From the human T2T-CHM13v2.0 reference genome, Homo sapiens, in contig CP068257.2 of the NCBI GenBank assembly GCA_009914755.4, forward strand, positions 17,376,001 to 17,440,000: a DNA stretch of 64,000 nt, read 5' to 3'. How positions within the stretch are numbered: position 1 is the first letter of the stretch; each line of letters starts with the position of its first letter. Below the pieces are notes generated by a model. That model did not search any database. It had not been told where the DNA came from and saw only the letters and a program-made list of their open reading frames with translations. Of the stretch, positions 31,147 to 43,690 are shown one piece after another. Both the position numbers and the translations under genes were made by a program.

Positions 31147-31517
31147 GATATTAGTCCATTTTCACACTACTATTAAGATGCTACCTGAGCCTGGGTAAGT
31201 TATAAAGAAAAGAAGTTTAATTGACTTACAGTTCCGCATGGCTGGGGAGGCCTCAGGTAATTTACAATCCTGGTGGAAGACAAAGGGGAAGCAGGTACCT
31301 TCTTCACAAGGTGACAGGAGAGAGAGAGCAAGAGAGAAAGAAAGTGCCACACTTTAAAACCATCAGCTCTCCTGAGAACTCACTCACTATTGCAAGAACA
31401 GCATGGGAGAAACTGCCTCCATGATTCAATCACCTCCCACCAGGTCCCTCCCTTGACACATGGAGATTACAATTTGAGGTGAGATTTGGGTGGAGACACA
31501 GAGCCCAATCATATCAG
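31147..31517 (-). mobile_element. MST-type MaLR solo LTR, minus strand
   Basis: tattagtccattttcacactactattaagatgctacctgagcctgggtaagttataaagaaaagaagtttaattgacttacagttccgcatggctggggaggcctcag ... ctccatgattcaatcacctcccaccaggtccctccc...gagatttgggtggagacacagagcccaatcatatca. This is the reverse complement of the MST/THE1 LTR ends. Confidence 0.7.
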
Positions 31518-33271
31518 AGACTATTTATTTATTCAGTATAAAACATCAGCTATGTAGCAGCATTTTTCCAGTTACTTTGCTTACAGCAGTAAACAAACAA
31601 ATTCTCCATTCTCAAGATTACTTTTTAGTGGGATTAAATACCATAAATCTTAAAACTTTTTAAAGGAAATATACAGAACAATTAGACTAGTAGAGAATAA
31701 AAGGAATGGGAGATATTTTATAAAGGGTCATCAAAAAAGCATCACTGATAAGATACAATTTGAGCAGAGATCTCAGGAGGTATAGCATTGAAATAGGCAG
31801 GCATCTAAGGAAAAAGCCCAGAGAGAAAAAATAACAAACAATGAGGTCAAAGTATGCTTAGCACGTTAAGGAAATAGTGACAGAGTCCAAGAGCCTGTAT
31901 GACTTGTACAGAGTGAGGCAAGGGGAGAATATTAGGATATGAGATCACAGATATAATGGGGAATCTAATCATCAAGGCCTTGTAGGTCGTGGTTGGAAAT
32001 TCAGGTTTTGACTCTGAGTGAGATGAAAGCTGTTGGCTGGTTTTGAACAGAGGAGTGATATGTTCTGATTGACAGTTTAATAGGATAATTTTAGTGCTCT
32101 CTGGGAAGTAGGTTTTATGAGGGCAAAGGTGGAAGGGAGACCATCCAACACGCTATTGTAATAATCCAGTTGAGAGATTATTGTGTTTGGGCTAGGGTGG
32201 TAGTAGACCAAAGGTGGAAATGCGTTAGACTCTGGACATATTTTAAAGATAAAATGAAGAGTATTTGCTCATAGATTGGATGGGAGATGTGAAGGAAAAA
32301 GTAGAGACAAGAATGAGTCATGGTCCTAGCTCTAGAAAATGAAAGATGAAGTTTCCATTAACTCATGAGGAAAAAGTAGTAAGTGTGAGGGCCATAGCAC
32401 ACATCTTAAATTCGTTTTTGTTACTGCTAAATTTGAGATGCTCATACATTTAAGTCAAAATGCCAAAGGAGTATTTTTCTATGTTTTATCAAATGATGAG
32501 AGGAACAAGGATAGAAGAGTAGAATTCAGAGTTTGAGTTTGGTTTTGGATATAGGATCCTGAATTCTGGGAAGTAAGGAAATGTTGATTTTAAAAAAGTT
32601 AAAGCCACAGTGGCAAATAAAAATGGAGCCACAGCTATGCCACACTTCTTCACTCAACATAAATTGATGAAGGGCAGTCATAGGATGAAGATGTGCTGTC
32701 ACACAGTCATTTATCCAAGAACTGATTGTGAATTTACAAATCTATCATCCATTGTTTTTACTTTTCTTTCTTTTTTTATGGGATATGACTGTTAAGAATT
32801 CATGCATTCAACATACATTCAGGTTCTAATTGCCTGATAGTTACTCAACAGTCTGAACCTCTTGAATGCAGGAGATTTAACAAGACAGATAGATATGGAT
32901 TCTTACAAAACTTTTAACTTTCTATTGGAGACTATAAACAAATAGTCATTATAAAAGGCTGTACATTTTATGATAGAAAAATAAAGTCTTAGGAAAGAAT
33001 CCATAGCATCTATGTACTCCATCTAGGAAAAAAAATCTTCCAAAACAAGTAGCTCTTAAATTAAACTTTATCCTCTTATTCCCTTATGATTTGAAAAAAT
33101 TCTACTGTCTCTTTTATTACCCCTTCCAAGCTTATCAAAATTTGAGAATGTAAGAAATCTTATCTAAATTGAATTTAAAAGAAATTACAAATTCATCTTT
33201 ATTACTTTTTTTAATTGCAAACAAAATGTCACTGTAGTGTTATCTTGTTCAGCGAGAATTTTTTTTACGTT

Positions 33272-33630
33272 GTTATGGACTGAATGTTTGTGATCCCTTC
33301 CCCAATTTCATATGTTGAAACCCTACCCTTCAATGTGATGGTAAAAGGAGGTGGGGCCTACAGGAAGTAATTAGGATCAGATGAGGTCATGAGCTCAGGA
33401 TCCTCGTGAATGGGATTAGTATTCTTATAAGAGTGCTGAGAGAGCTGCTTTTCACCATGTTAGGATACAGTGAGAAGACCAAGTTCTGTAACCTGAAAGA
33501 AGGGTCTCTCCAAAACCTGAACGTGCTGGTACCCTGATCCTGGACTTCTAACCTACAGAACTGGAAAAAAAAATTCTATTGCTTAAAAGCCATGTAATCT
33601 ATGGTATTTTTGTTTATAGAAATGTAAAAC
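33272..33630 (+). mobile_element. MLT1-type MaLR solo LTR, plus strand
   Basis: gttatggactgaatgtttgtgatcccttccccaatttcatatgttgaaaccctacccttcaatgtgatggtaaaaggaggtggggcct ... ctcgtgaatgggattagtattcttataagag ... ctggacttctaacctacagaactgg ... gccatgtaatctatggtatttttgtttatag. Confidence 0.6.
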
Positions 33631-34879
33631 AAGACAGAAAACTGGCAATGAGAAGTGAGGGTGCTGCTGTAAAAAAATATCTAAAAATGTGGATGTGCTT
33701 TTGGACTAGGTATGGCTAGAGGCTGGAGATATTTTAAGGTGCATGCTAAAAGAAGGTCTACATTGCCATGAAGGAAGGAAGTTTCCTGAGTTGTAGAAAA
33801 TTTATATCTCAAAGGGGCAAAGAAAGAATTTAAATTGAAAATTTCCTGAAGTAAAGCTCTCAGGAAAAGGTAGTCAGGAGCCTATAATCATGTTTTTGCT
33901 GGAACAAACACTAAATACTTTAGGCAGTTAGGCTTTTTTAGGCAGGCGCGTTAAGGAGTATACGGTCATTCTAAAGGAATGAGCTTGGGCCAATAGAAGT
34001 CACCCTAGAGTTTGGTCAAGTCTGTTAATGCAGGGTGTGGAGAATGAGTGTGGACAATCATTTATGCTGAGAATTTTGTGGTTCTCATGGATTGTTTTTG
34101 AGATAATTAACTTCATTACAATATTGAATTTTCTCATGCATGAACATGGAATACCTATTTATATAATTGTTCTTTAATTTGACTTAGTTATGGGGTTTTT
34201 TTTAGTTTTTAGCATACTGTTTGTGAAATTATCTTACTAAATGTAACTTTATACATTTTGTTTCATTGCTATTTTGTTTCAATTTCTATTTTTTTGTTTC
34301 TAATACATTAGCAATAAAGTTGATTATTTTATTCTAACCTAATATCCATTTACTGTGGAATCTTCGTAAACTTAATTTTTAGTTGTTACACCTTTTTAGT
34401 TAAATACCTTTGGATTTTCTATATGCATAACCAGGTTATCTCTGAATTATGATAGTTCTAATTTGTTTCTACTCTGTAAGCTTTTTATTTTCATTTCTTT
34501 CCTTATAGTACTGAATCAGACCCAATGCATAATATTGCCTAAAAGTGATAAGGATGGACAACCTTAACTTGTTCTCAAACTTACGGGAAAAGCATTCAGT
34601 CTTTTATGGTTAAAAATGATCTCAGCTCTGGAGCTTTTCATAATTTTTTCCCAGGTTGAGCATGTTTCCTTCTACTTTTAGTTTGCTAAGAACTTTTTTC
34701 ATTAAAGAATCTATAAAATAATCTTACGGCTTTGCACATTAATTTGTTCATATGATTATTCAAAAAACTGAATATTTTAAAATGCTAAACCAACCTTGCC
34801 TTCCCGGAATAAACTGTACATTATCATGATGCATTATTCTTTTTAAATTATTGGAGTTGAATTACTGCTGTTTTTCGTT

Positions 34880-34960
34880 TTTTTTTGTTTGTTTGTTTGT
34901 TTTTTGAGATGGAGTCTTGCTCTGTCGCCCAGGCTGGAGTGCAATGGTGCGATCTCAGGC
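34880..34960 (-). mobile_element. Short Alu 3'-end fragment with (GTTT)n tail
   Basis: gtttgtttgtttgttttttgagatggagtcttgctctgtcgcccaggctggagtgcaatggtgcgatctcagg, then unrelated sequence. Confidence 0.5.
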
Positions 34961-35108
34961 TGTTGTTTTAAATAAAGAATTAGTTCTCTCTGTGTAACTG
35001 TTTTTGAGTGTGACATTTGCTTTCTTGTGAACTTAGAAAGAAAATTACACCATTTGTTCTCCTGGGTTTCTGGCTTGCAGACAGCTAATTATGAGACTTC
35101 TCAGCCTC

Positions 35109-35198
35109 CATAATTGCATGAGCAAGATCTTTATAATTAGTCTATCTATTTATCATAATTGCATGAGCAAGATCTTTATAATTAGTCTTTCTATGTAA
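35109..35198. repeat. Tandem duplication of a 45-bp unit (35-bp perfect core cataattgcatgagcaagatctttataattagtct)
   Basis: Identical 35-mers at 35109-35143 and 35154-35188. The 10-bp spacers differ. Confidence 0.8.
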
Positions 35199-35230
35199 TA
35201 TATATATACTTAGACAAATATATATATATA

Positions 35231-35423
35231 TTTGTTTACATTTGAGTTTAATGAGTTTAAGTCTAGACCCTATATTTTATGGGGTTCAGAAGCGGAAATC
35301 TGCCATCTTAAATTTTGTTTTTCCACAGTATTCCCTACGGTGCCCTTCACACTGATGTATGAACTCAAGACAGGCCCACTTCTCTGCAGAAGAATGTCCT
35401 AATATCAAGTAAATAAGTATTCT
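35231..35423 (+). repeat. Copy A of a 190-bp dispersed direct repeat
   Basis: tttacatttgagtttaatgagtttaagtctagaccctatattttatgg...ttttgtttttccacagtattccctacggtgcccttcacactgatgtatgaactcaagacaggcccacttctctgcagaagaatgtcctaatatcaagtaaataagtattctct. About 95% identical to 38088-38290. Confidence 0.8.
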
Positions 35424-35719
35424 CTATTATATATATATATAAAATATAATATATAAATTTGATAAAATATATAATAATTAATTAATTATATAATAGAAGG
35501 CTGTGATTGGACCCCCAATGGTAATCCAACATCCACCAAAAATATTTATGTAATAGAAAAATTTTAAAGGTGACATTTGACGTTTCGATTATATATTTAA
35601 GAATACATTATGATGTTTTGATATACATACGTAGTTAACTGATTACAAAAGTCAAGTAAATTAACCTACTTATCAGCTCACATAGTTACCTTTCTCTTCT
35701 TTTGTGTGGTGAGAATATC

Positions 35720-36792
35720 TAAAATCCATTCTTTTAGCAAATTAACAGTACGCAATACAATATTATTAACTGTAGTCCTTGCACTGTACATTAGATCTCT
35801 ATTGAGTGATGGATATCTTCATGGGGTGGTGATTTTATTTCTTTTGGTTGTATAACCAGAGTAACCAGAAGAAGGATTGCTGGATCATATAGTAGTTCTA
35901 CTTTAAATTTATTTATAGAAACCTCCATATAATGGCAACATGAACCTACATTTCCAACAACAATGTACATGAGTTCTTTTTACTGCATACCCTCACTGAC
36001 ATTTGTTATTTCTTGCCTTTTTTTATAGTAGTAATTCTAAAAAGTGTGAGGTGATATCTCATTGTGGCTTTTGATTTGCATTTCCCTGTTGAATCCCTGA
36101 TGTTGAACATCTTTTTGTGTATCTGTTTGCCATTTCTATGTCTTCAGAGAAATGTCCCTTCAGATTGTTAGCCTTTGGTTATTTGCTGTGGAGCTGTGTG
36201 AGTTACTTACACTTTTTGGACATTAATCCGTTATCTGATATATGGTTTACAGGTATCTTCTCTTACTCTGTGGGCTGCCTTTTCACTTTATTGATTATTT
36301 CCTTTGCTGTAAAAAGAAAACCGTTTAGTTTGATGTAGTCTAACTTGTTTACTCTTGCTTTGTTGCCTGTGCTTTTAGGGTCATTTGGGGATCAAAAATT
36401 GTTGCCAAGGCCAACACCAAGGAGCTTTTTTCCTATGTTTTCTTCTAGGAATTTTAAGGTTTCAAGTCTTAGGTTTATATCTTTAATCCATTTTGAGTTA
36501 ATTTTTGTATATGGATAAGATAAGTATTCAGTTTCATTCTTTTCATATAGATATCCAGTTTTTCCAACACAATTTTTCAATAAGAGATGTTTTCATCCAT
36601 TGTGTCTTCTTAGTGGCTTTATTGAAGATTAACTGACCATATACACTTGAGTTTGTTTCTGGGCTCCCTATTCTGTTTCATTGTTCTATGTATTTGTTTT
36701 TATGCCAGTGCCATACTGTTTTTATTACTATTGTTTTGTGGTATAATTTAAAATCATAATGTGTGATGCTTCCAACTGTTTCTTTATCAAGA
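35720..36792 (-). mobile_element. L1 ORF2 3'-region fragment (older L1M/L1PB-type), minus strand
   Basis: Collinear with the young L1 at 55760-56800 read in the same direction: ...tgtgaggtgatatctcattgtggcttttgatttgcatttccctg ... ggtttatatctttaatccattttgagttaatttttgtatatgg ... cagtttttccaacacaatttttcaataagag. Minus-strand ORF 36392-36580 translates to ...[33 protein letters not shown], matching L1 ORF2 ...[29 protein letters not shown]. Confidence 0.7.
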
Positions 36793-38087
36793 TAACTGAC
36801 TTTTGTGCCTCTACAATATAGATAATCTAACTTAACTCTAACTTGCTATAAATGTACCAATCAGCCAATCTTCAAGGTCTTGATCAATAATGTGGTTTAA
36901 ATTATTGCACCTCACTTTCTACAAAAACATAAATATGACATTACATTGATGACATTCTTCTCCAAGGAGGTTCACTTGCCACACTCATTCAGGACATACA
37001 AAATACTCAAAATGGATCTAACAAAAAAGACATTAACCGTTGTCCCATTATCAGTAAATACCTCTTTACCCTCTTAACACCACTTAACATTGTGAATGCT
37101 AACAAGGTCAACAGGTATTTCTTGACGACAGGACAATTGTTGATCTTTTTTTTCTCAATTGATTTTGTGCTTCTACAACAGAAGTTATATCAATTAACTC
37201 CTAACAAGTGCTAAGATGTACCAATTGGCAAACATTCAGTGGATACTGAGATTCAAATTACCAGAGCCAATAAATATTTATATACTCTCTTGGTGCATGT
37301 GTGACATCATCAGCCTTGACTTGTGAATTAATTTTGAGTAGCAGGAATTGATCCTGCCTCATGAGTATAGCCACAAGGTACATTGTGAAGTGTCTGAATT
37401 GCTATATTCCTTTAAAGAGCATTGAAGTTTGTTTTTGTGTGCAATGAATTTATTTGCTTACCAGTGTAACCATTTGGAAGCTTTGTGCCATGCTTTGTTT
37501 TACTGTTTCAATAAAACTTTACTTTGTATAGTTTTGCACTTCTACCAAGCTGGTACCCTTCTAGTTTCTCTATTAAATGCCCTGGATAAACCATAAGGAT
37601 GGAGCTCAAATATCTACATGCTCTCTGTAACCTTTGGGAATTACTCAACTCATAGTTTCCTTGTCATTTTTGCCTGACCTTATAGAATTTCACCATACAC
37701 ACAGAGAACTTAGTGTCCAACAAAGATACAAGAGGACCTCTATGAAGATATCCGAAACATTTTCTGGGTACATTTAATCTTTCCAGAACTTCTTCCTCCA
37801 AAGTTCATACACTACAGCCTTCCTAAACTTTTATTTCTGTCATCTCAACCAAATATATTAGTAGACTCTCTCTGAGATCACTGTTTTAGTCTAAGGCCAT
37901 ACCACCCAAATGTGCCTGATCTCATTTGAGAACATTGTTTTGTGCTCCAGGAGCCAAAAATATGTCTGCAGGCAGACATCTGAGAAAGCTGTAGTGCCTT
38001 CCAAACTCATTTCCTTCTCTTGAGGTTCACAGAAAGAACCTTGTTATCTACAGACTGAAACCTATTACTTTATATATTTTGTTTTGA

Positions 38088-38290
38088 TGTTTTGTTTGTT
38101 TGCATTTGAGTTTAATGAGTTTAAGTCTAGACCCTATATTTTATGGTGCTCAGAAGCAGAAATCTACCATCTTAAATTTTGTTTTTCCACAGTATTCCCT
38201 ACTGTGCCCTTCACACTGATGTATGAACTCAAGACAGGCCCACTTCTCTGCCGAAGAATGTCCTAATACCAAGTAAATAAGTATTCTCTG
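38088..38290 (+). repeat. Copy B of the 190-bp dispersed direct repeat
   Basis: tttgcatttgagtttaatgagtttaagtctagaccctatattttatggtgctcagaagcagaaatctaccatcttaaattttgtttttccacagtattccctactgtgcccttcacactgatgtatgaactcaagacaggcccacttctctgccgaagaatgtcctaataccaagtaaataagtattctctg. Confidence 0.8.
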
Positions 38291-39429
38291 AACAGAGCTT
38301 GGAAAGGAGCTTGGGAAAGAGCTAAGTTGTATCAGAATCACTCAAATAGGAATTAAAAATATTTCTAACAATGTAAACAATATATGTAAGCCTAACAAAT
38401 TCAATTAACAAGTATTGGATGTATCCTTGTGCCAAAAATACTATAAAGACAATGAGCAAAGTAATGGTGAAATACCGTCTGGTTTACACACACACACATA
38501 CACACGAAAACATACACACACACGTATATAAACTGAATTTTACATATTACAAAAAAAATCCAGGATTATAAAAGTTTCAGCTACTGCTTTTAAATTGATT
38601 TTGTTTTGCATTTAAAAACAAGAACTAAAAAGGAATATAAAAATGGAGGGGAGGGGAGGCGGTGACATTCTAAGTGGAACGAAAATGTTGCCAGACCCTT
38701 TTCTCAGCAATTCTTTCATCTGGATCAGTAGATGCAATCTGAGTAGGAAAACAGCTTTCATTTGCCAGTTATTTTCATCACCTAGCTGTTGGTATAAATT
38801 ATTTAACAATTCAGTTGTGTGCATGCTGAGCATGGTGTATAAACTAGTCTGCCTGATTCATATTTGTGAAGTGTATGCCATGCATTTGAGGTTGTTGCAA
38901 AATAATATTTCAAAAGTTCAATATGCACATTAAAATAAACTCAACTCATAGGAAAAGTGTGCAAATATTTGATATCATTAAAATCTCTGTAGTTACTGTT
39001 TTTAAGAATAAAATGTTACATATGATATGTATAATTTTAAATTACAGGCATGCTTTATTTTATTGCAGTTTACTTTATTGTATTTATCAGATACTGTGTT
39101 TTTTACAAATCCAACGTTTGTGATAACCCTGCATCAAACAAGTTGAAGAGCACCATTTTTCCAACGGCATGTGCTTATTTCATGTCTCTCTGCTACATTT
39201 TACTATGTATTGCAATATTTCAAACTTTTTCATTACTATTATGTCTTTTATGGTGATCTGTGATCAGTGATCTTAGCTCTTCCTAATGTAATTGTTTTGG
39301 GGAGCCATGAAATATGCTCATATAAGATGGCAAATTTAACTTATAAATGCTGTGTGTGTTTTGACTTCTCCAGTAATTGACTGTTTCCCTATCTCTTTCC
39401 CTCTCCTCAGAACTGCAAATTCCATGAGG

Positions 39430-41180
39430 CACAACGATATTAAAATTAGATCAGTTAATAACCCTACATTGGTCTCCAAGTGTTCAAGGGAAAGGAAGAG
39501 TCATACATCTCTCACTCTAAATCAAAAGCTAGAAATGACTGAAGCTTAGTGAGGAAGGCATGCCAAAAACTTAGGCCAAAAGCTATGCCTTTTGTGTCAA
39601 ACAGCCAAGTTGTAAATACAAAGAAAAATTTCTTGAGAGAAAATAAATGTGCTAATGTAGTGAAGACAGAAATAGTAAAATAAAAAAATAGCTTTATTGT
39701 TGATATGGAAAATTAGTTTTAGGTGTCTGGATAGGAGATTAAACCAGCCACAACATTCCCATAAACTCAAACCTAATCTGGAGAAAGACCCTAACTCTCT
39801 TCAATTCTGTGTCTTCCAGAGAGGTGAGAAAGCTTCCGAAGAAAGGTTGGAAGCTAGCAGAGGCTGGTTCTTAAATTTTAAGAAAATAAATGATTTCTAT
39901 AATATAAAGTATAAGATGAATTAGCAAATGCTGGTAGAGAAGCTCTACAGCAAGTTATCCAAGCAATCTAGCTAAGATATTTTATGACGGCAGCTACACT
40001 AAACAACAGATATTTAATGTGGACAAAACAGCCTTCTATGGGAAGAAGATGCCATCTAGGACTTTCTAGCTTATCTAAAAGATAAGTGGATGCCTGGATT
40101 TAATGCTTAAAAAAACAGACTGACTCTTTAGTTAGGGGCTAATTCAGCCAATGCTCATTTACCATTCTGAAAAATCCTAGGGCCCTTAGGAATTATGCTA
40201 AAATATACTCTCTCTGTGTTTATTAAATAGAACAAAGCCTGATGACAGTACGTTTGTTTACAACGTGATTTACTAATTATTTTAAGCCCATTGTTGAGGT
40301 CTACTGCTCAGAAAAAAATATTCCTTTCAAAATATTACTGTGCACTGACAATGTACCTGGTCACCCAGAAACTGTGATGGAGATGCACAAGGAGATTAAT
40401 TTTGTTTTCATGCCTACTAATAAAACCTCCATTCTATAGCCCATGGATTAAGAAATAATGTCAGATTTCAAGTCTTTAAGTATAAAATTGTTTAAAACTT
40501 AATTTTTAAAAATTCTTTTAACTTTTATTTTAAGTTCAGGGTTAAGTACAGGTTTGTAACATAGCTAAACTTATGCCATAGGAACTTGTTGTACAGATTA
40601 TTTCATCACCCAGGTATTAAGCCTACCCATTAGTTACTTTTCCTGATCCTCTTCCACCTCCCAGCTTCCACCCGCTGAAAGGCCCCAGTGTATGTTTTTC
40701 CCCTCCCTCTATGTGTCCATGTGTTCTCATTATTTAGCTCCCACTTATAAGTAAGAACATGCAGTATTTAGTTTTTCATTCCTTTGTTAGTTTGCTAAGG
40801 ATAATGGTATCCAGCTCCATCCATGTCCCTGCAAAGGACATGATCTCATTCTTTTTCATGGCTATGTAGTATTCCATAGTGTATATGTCTTATTATTTAA
40901 AGAACACATTTTGTAACGCTGTAGCTGCCATAGACAGTAATTCTTTTAATGGATCTGAGAAAAGTAAATTTAAAGCCTTCTGGAAAAAATTCACCATTCT
41001 AGATGTTATTAATAACATTCATGATTCATGAAAGGAGGTCCAAATATCAACATTAATAGGAATTTGGAAGAAGTTGATTCCAAACCTCATGAATGACTTT
41101 GAAGGGTTCAAGACTTCAGAGGAGGAAGCAACTGCAGATGTGGTAAAAATAGCAAGAGAACTAGAATTAGACATAGAGCC
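39430..41180 (+). pseudogene. Tigger1 pogo-like transposase remnant with multiple stops and frameshifts
   Basis: Translations include ...SRERKSHTSLTLNQKLEM..., ...AEERLEASRGWFLNFKK..., ...[35 protein letters not shown]... (the DDE region) and ...FEGFKTSEEEATADVVKIARELELDIEP. These are interrupted by in-frame stops. Confidence 0.6.
40505..40906 (-). mobile_element. L1 3'-end fragment (older L1P-type), minus strand, nested inside Tigger1
   Basis: ttttaacttttattttaagttcagggttaagtacaggtttgtaacatagc ... ttgttagtttgctaaggataatggtatccagctccatccatgtccctgcaaaggacatgatctcattctttttcatggctatgtagtattccatagtgtatatgt. Tigger1 sequence resumes immediately after. Confidence 0.75.
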
Positions 41181-41461
<281 letters not shown>

Positions 41462-43556
41462 TTAAGTAACAGTGAACATTGATCACGTCAATACATTTTT
41501 AAAATATTTCCACTAGTAGCCGTGTGAAAGATGAACTGAGAATGGAGAAGGAGATGTAACTGGGAGCTGAAAGCCCAGAATGGAAAGATCAATTGGAAGA
41601 TCGATACAGTAAGTCCAGCAAGAAATCATATAATCTTAACCAAAGCAATGGCACTGGAGAAGGAAAACTAAAAAGATTTCAGAAATATTTAAAAGGAAGA
41701 ATGCAAAAAAATGGTTACTACAATGAAATAAATATAAGAAATAAGCCAGGAAAAGTAAAAGCCACGTAGCCACATGACTTGTCATGTCATAAAATCAATT
41801 TACCAGATTTCAAAGTCGTGCCTAATATGAAGCACAATTTGAATGTGTCCTTTTCTTTCCCCTATTTTTTTATCCAGCTAAATCTCATTCACAGTTTGGG
41901 TCTTAGTGCAAACATTACATCTGTATGGAAATTTTGTTTAAATACAATGGCCTGTATTAGGTCCACATTTATTTGTTTCCATATTACCTTTCTCCAACTA
42001 TAATCATAGTATCATGTATATTTTTCAATTTTGTTGTTCTTCACTGGAATGTAAGATCCATGAATAAAGGGTCTTTGTCTATATCAATTCACTTAGACCC
42101 CCTAGTTGCTAACATGGCAATTTAAGCAGTATAATCATGATAAATATTTATAAAAGAAATAACTAATAAACTAAGAAATTAGAAAAAACAATCCTGAATA
42201 TTGTAGATGTATAAATACTATGAATTATGCTTTTAAATGTAAGAGGCAAAATCTACATTTCCTGTGACTTAAATCTGAATAATAAATTCCTGCAATTTAT
42301 ACCTTGGGGGCAATCCTAAAAGGACATTTTGGACTGCTATGGCCATGATATATGTGATTTCTTTAATCATGTCTCCCCTGTGAGTTATATTACTTGCTTT
42401 AAAGAGTGTGGGGGCAGCCATTTTGCTTCTCAGAGCAGTTCAAGTGTTAGTTTTGATATGTAGCTTAGTCCTTAGCTATCTTTAAGATCATTTTTCTTCA
42501 CATATGCAGCTATAACCTTTGAGAATTTTGAGTGTTTCTAATCTAATATTCCTTGAATTAGAGAGCTGAGAGCTGAATGAGAAGTATTCAAGGAGAAAGA
42601 TGCTTACCATAATATGATTCTTAGTTCAAAAATTCATTCATCCATAGCTTTAAAAAGACCCAATACACTGACCTTCAGGTCAGGGGAACAAGTCACATTT
42701 TATTGAGAAGGACGATTTGAGCCTATAAAAATGTCCTGTAGTTTATCATTTCTCTTTAAAGAAATAATAGCTTTAAAGTGTAGTAACTGTGGACCCAAAG
42801 GAAACATTTTTTTGGATCATTTTACCATAACATTTTTTAAAAGGCCCAGAGAGTAATGGAAAGTAGATAACCCCCCCTCCCCATATCTGTCTATTGAATA
42901 AATAGGCAAACCTAGCCTGCTTCTTTATGTAGCAAATCATTATAAGTCTGATCAGCTTTCACTGGCATAACTGCTAAGAAATATGGTCTATTTCTTTCTT
43001 TGTAGCTTTGAAGCCACAAAGGAATTTATTTCTTTATCAATTTTAACTATGTTAATAAGACAAAATAAGCAAAGTAACAACATTATAAATTTATTTTGAA
43101 AGTGTTAAGTAAGATATCCAGATATTTAGATATTTAAAAGCACCTGGATTAAAAACAAACAAAAAACATTATGTGTGTTATTTTCATGGGAATATACAGA
43201 ATTAGCATTTGAAAGACATGGCCCTAATCCTGATTTTGTTTGTTCCTGCCTGTTAAATGGGTAAAATAAAATCAGTCCCACTTTTTTTCTGTGTATAATA
43301 AGAGAAGTATATTAGATGTGTCTACTCAATCAATTTCTTAGTCATAAGAAACAAAACCTATTCTAATTTGTTAACAAAAAAGGAAACATATAGAAGGATA
43401 TTATGTAATATACCTTATCACCATGAAGTCATGAGAATTATAGAGCCTCCCTAGCTGGGAATAATACTCCATTGCCACTACAAGAACATCATTGCTACTG
43501 GGAACCAAATGGCACCATTTCTGTCTCTGCCACTGCTGTGTCTGAAAGAGGCACAT

Positions 43557-43690
43557 CGGCTGGGCCGTGGCTCATTGCTGTAATACCAGCACTTTGGGAA
43601 GCTAAGGTGAGAGGATTGCTTGAGCCCAGGAGTTCAAGACGAGCCATGGTAACATAGCGAGATTCTGACTCTACAAAATAATAATTTTTT
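43557..43690 (+). mobile_element. Free Alu monomer (FLAM/FRAM-like), plus strand
   Basis: ggctgggccgtggctcattgctgtaataccagcactttgggaagctaaggtgagaggattgcttgagcccaggagttcaagacgagccatggtaacatagcgagattctgactctacaaaataataa. Confidence 0.6.

Larger units (their letters stand above)
39045..41180 (+). mobile_element. Tigger1 DNA transposon (pogo/Tc1-mariner superfamily), plus strand, 3'-truncated and interrupted by nested L1 (40505-40906) and Alu (41181-41435)
   Basis: The 5' terminus caggcatgctttattttattgcagtttactttattgtatttatcagatactgtgttttttacaaatccaacgtttgtgataaccctgcatcaaacaagttgaagagcaccatttttccaac matches the Tigger1 end, preceded by a TA target site at 39043-39044. The internal sequence encodes recognisable pogo-like transposase peptides (see the next feature). 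Confidence 0.8.
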
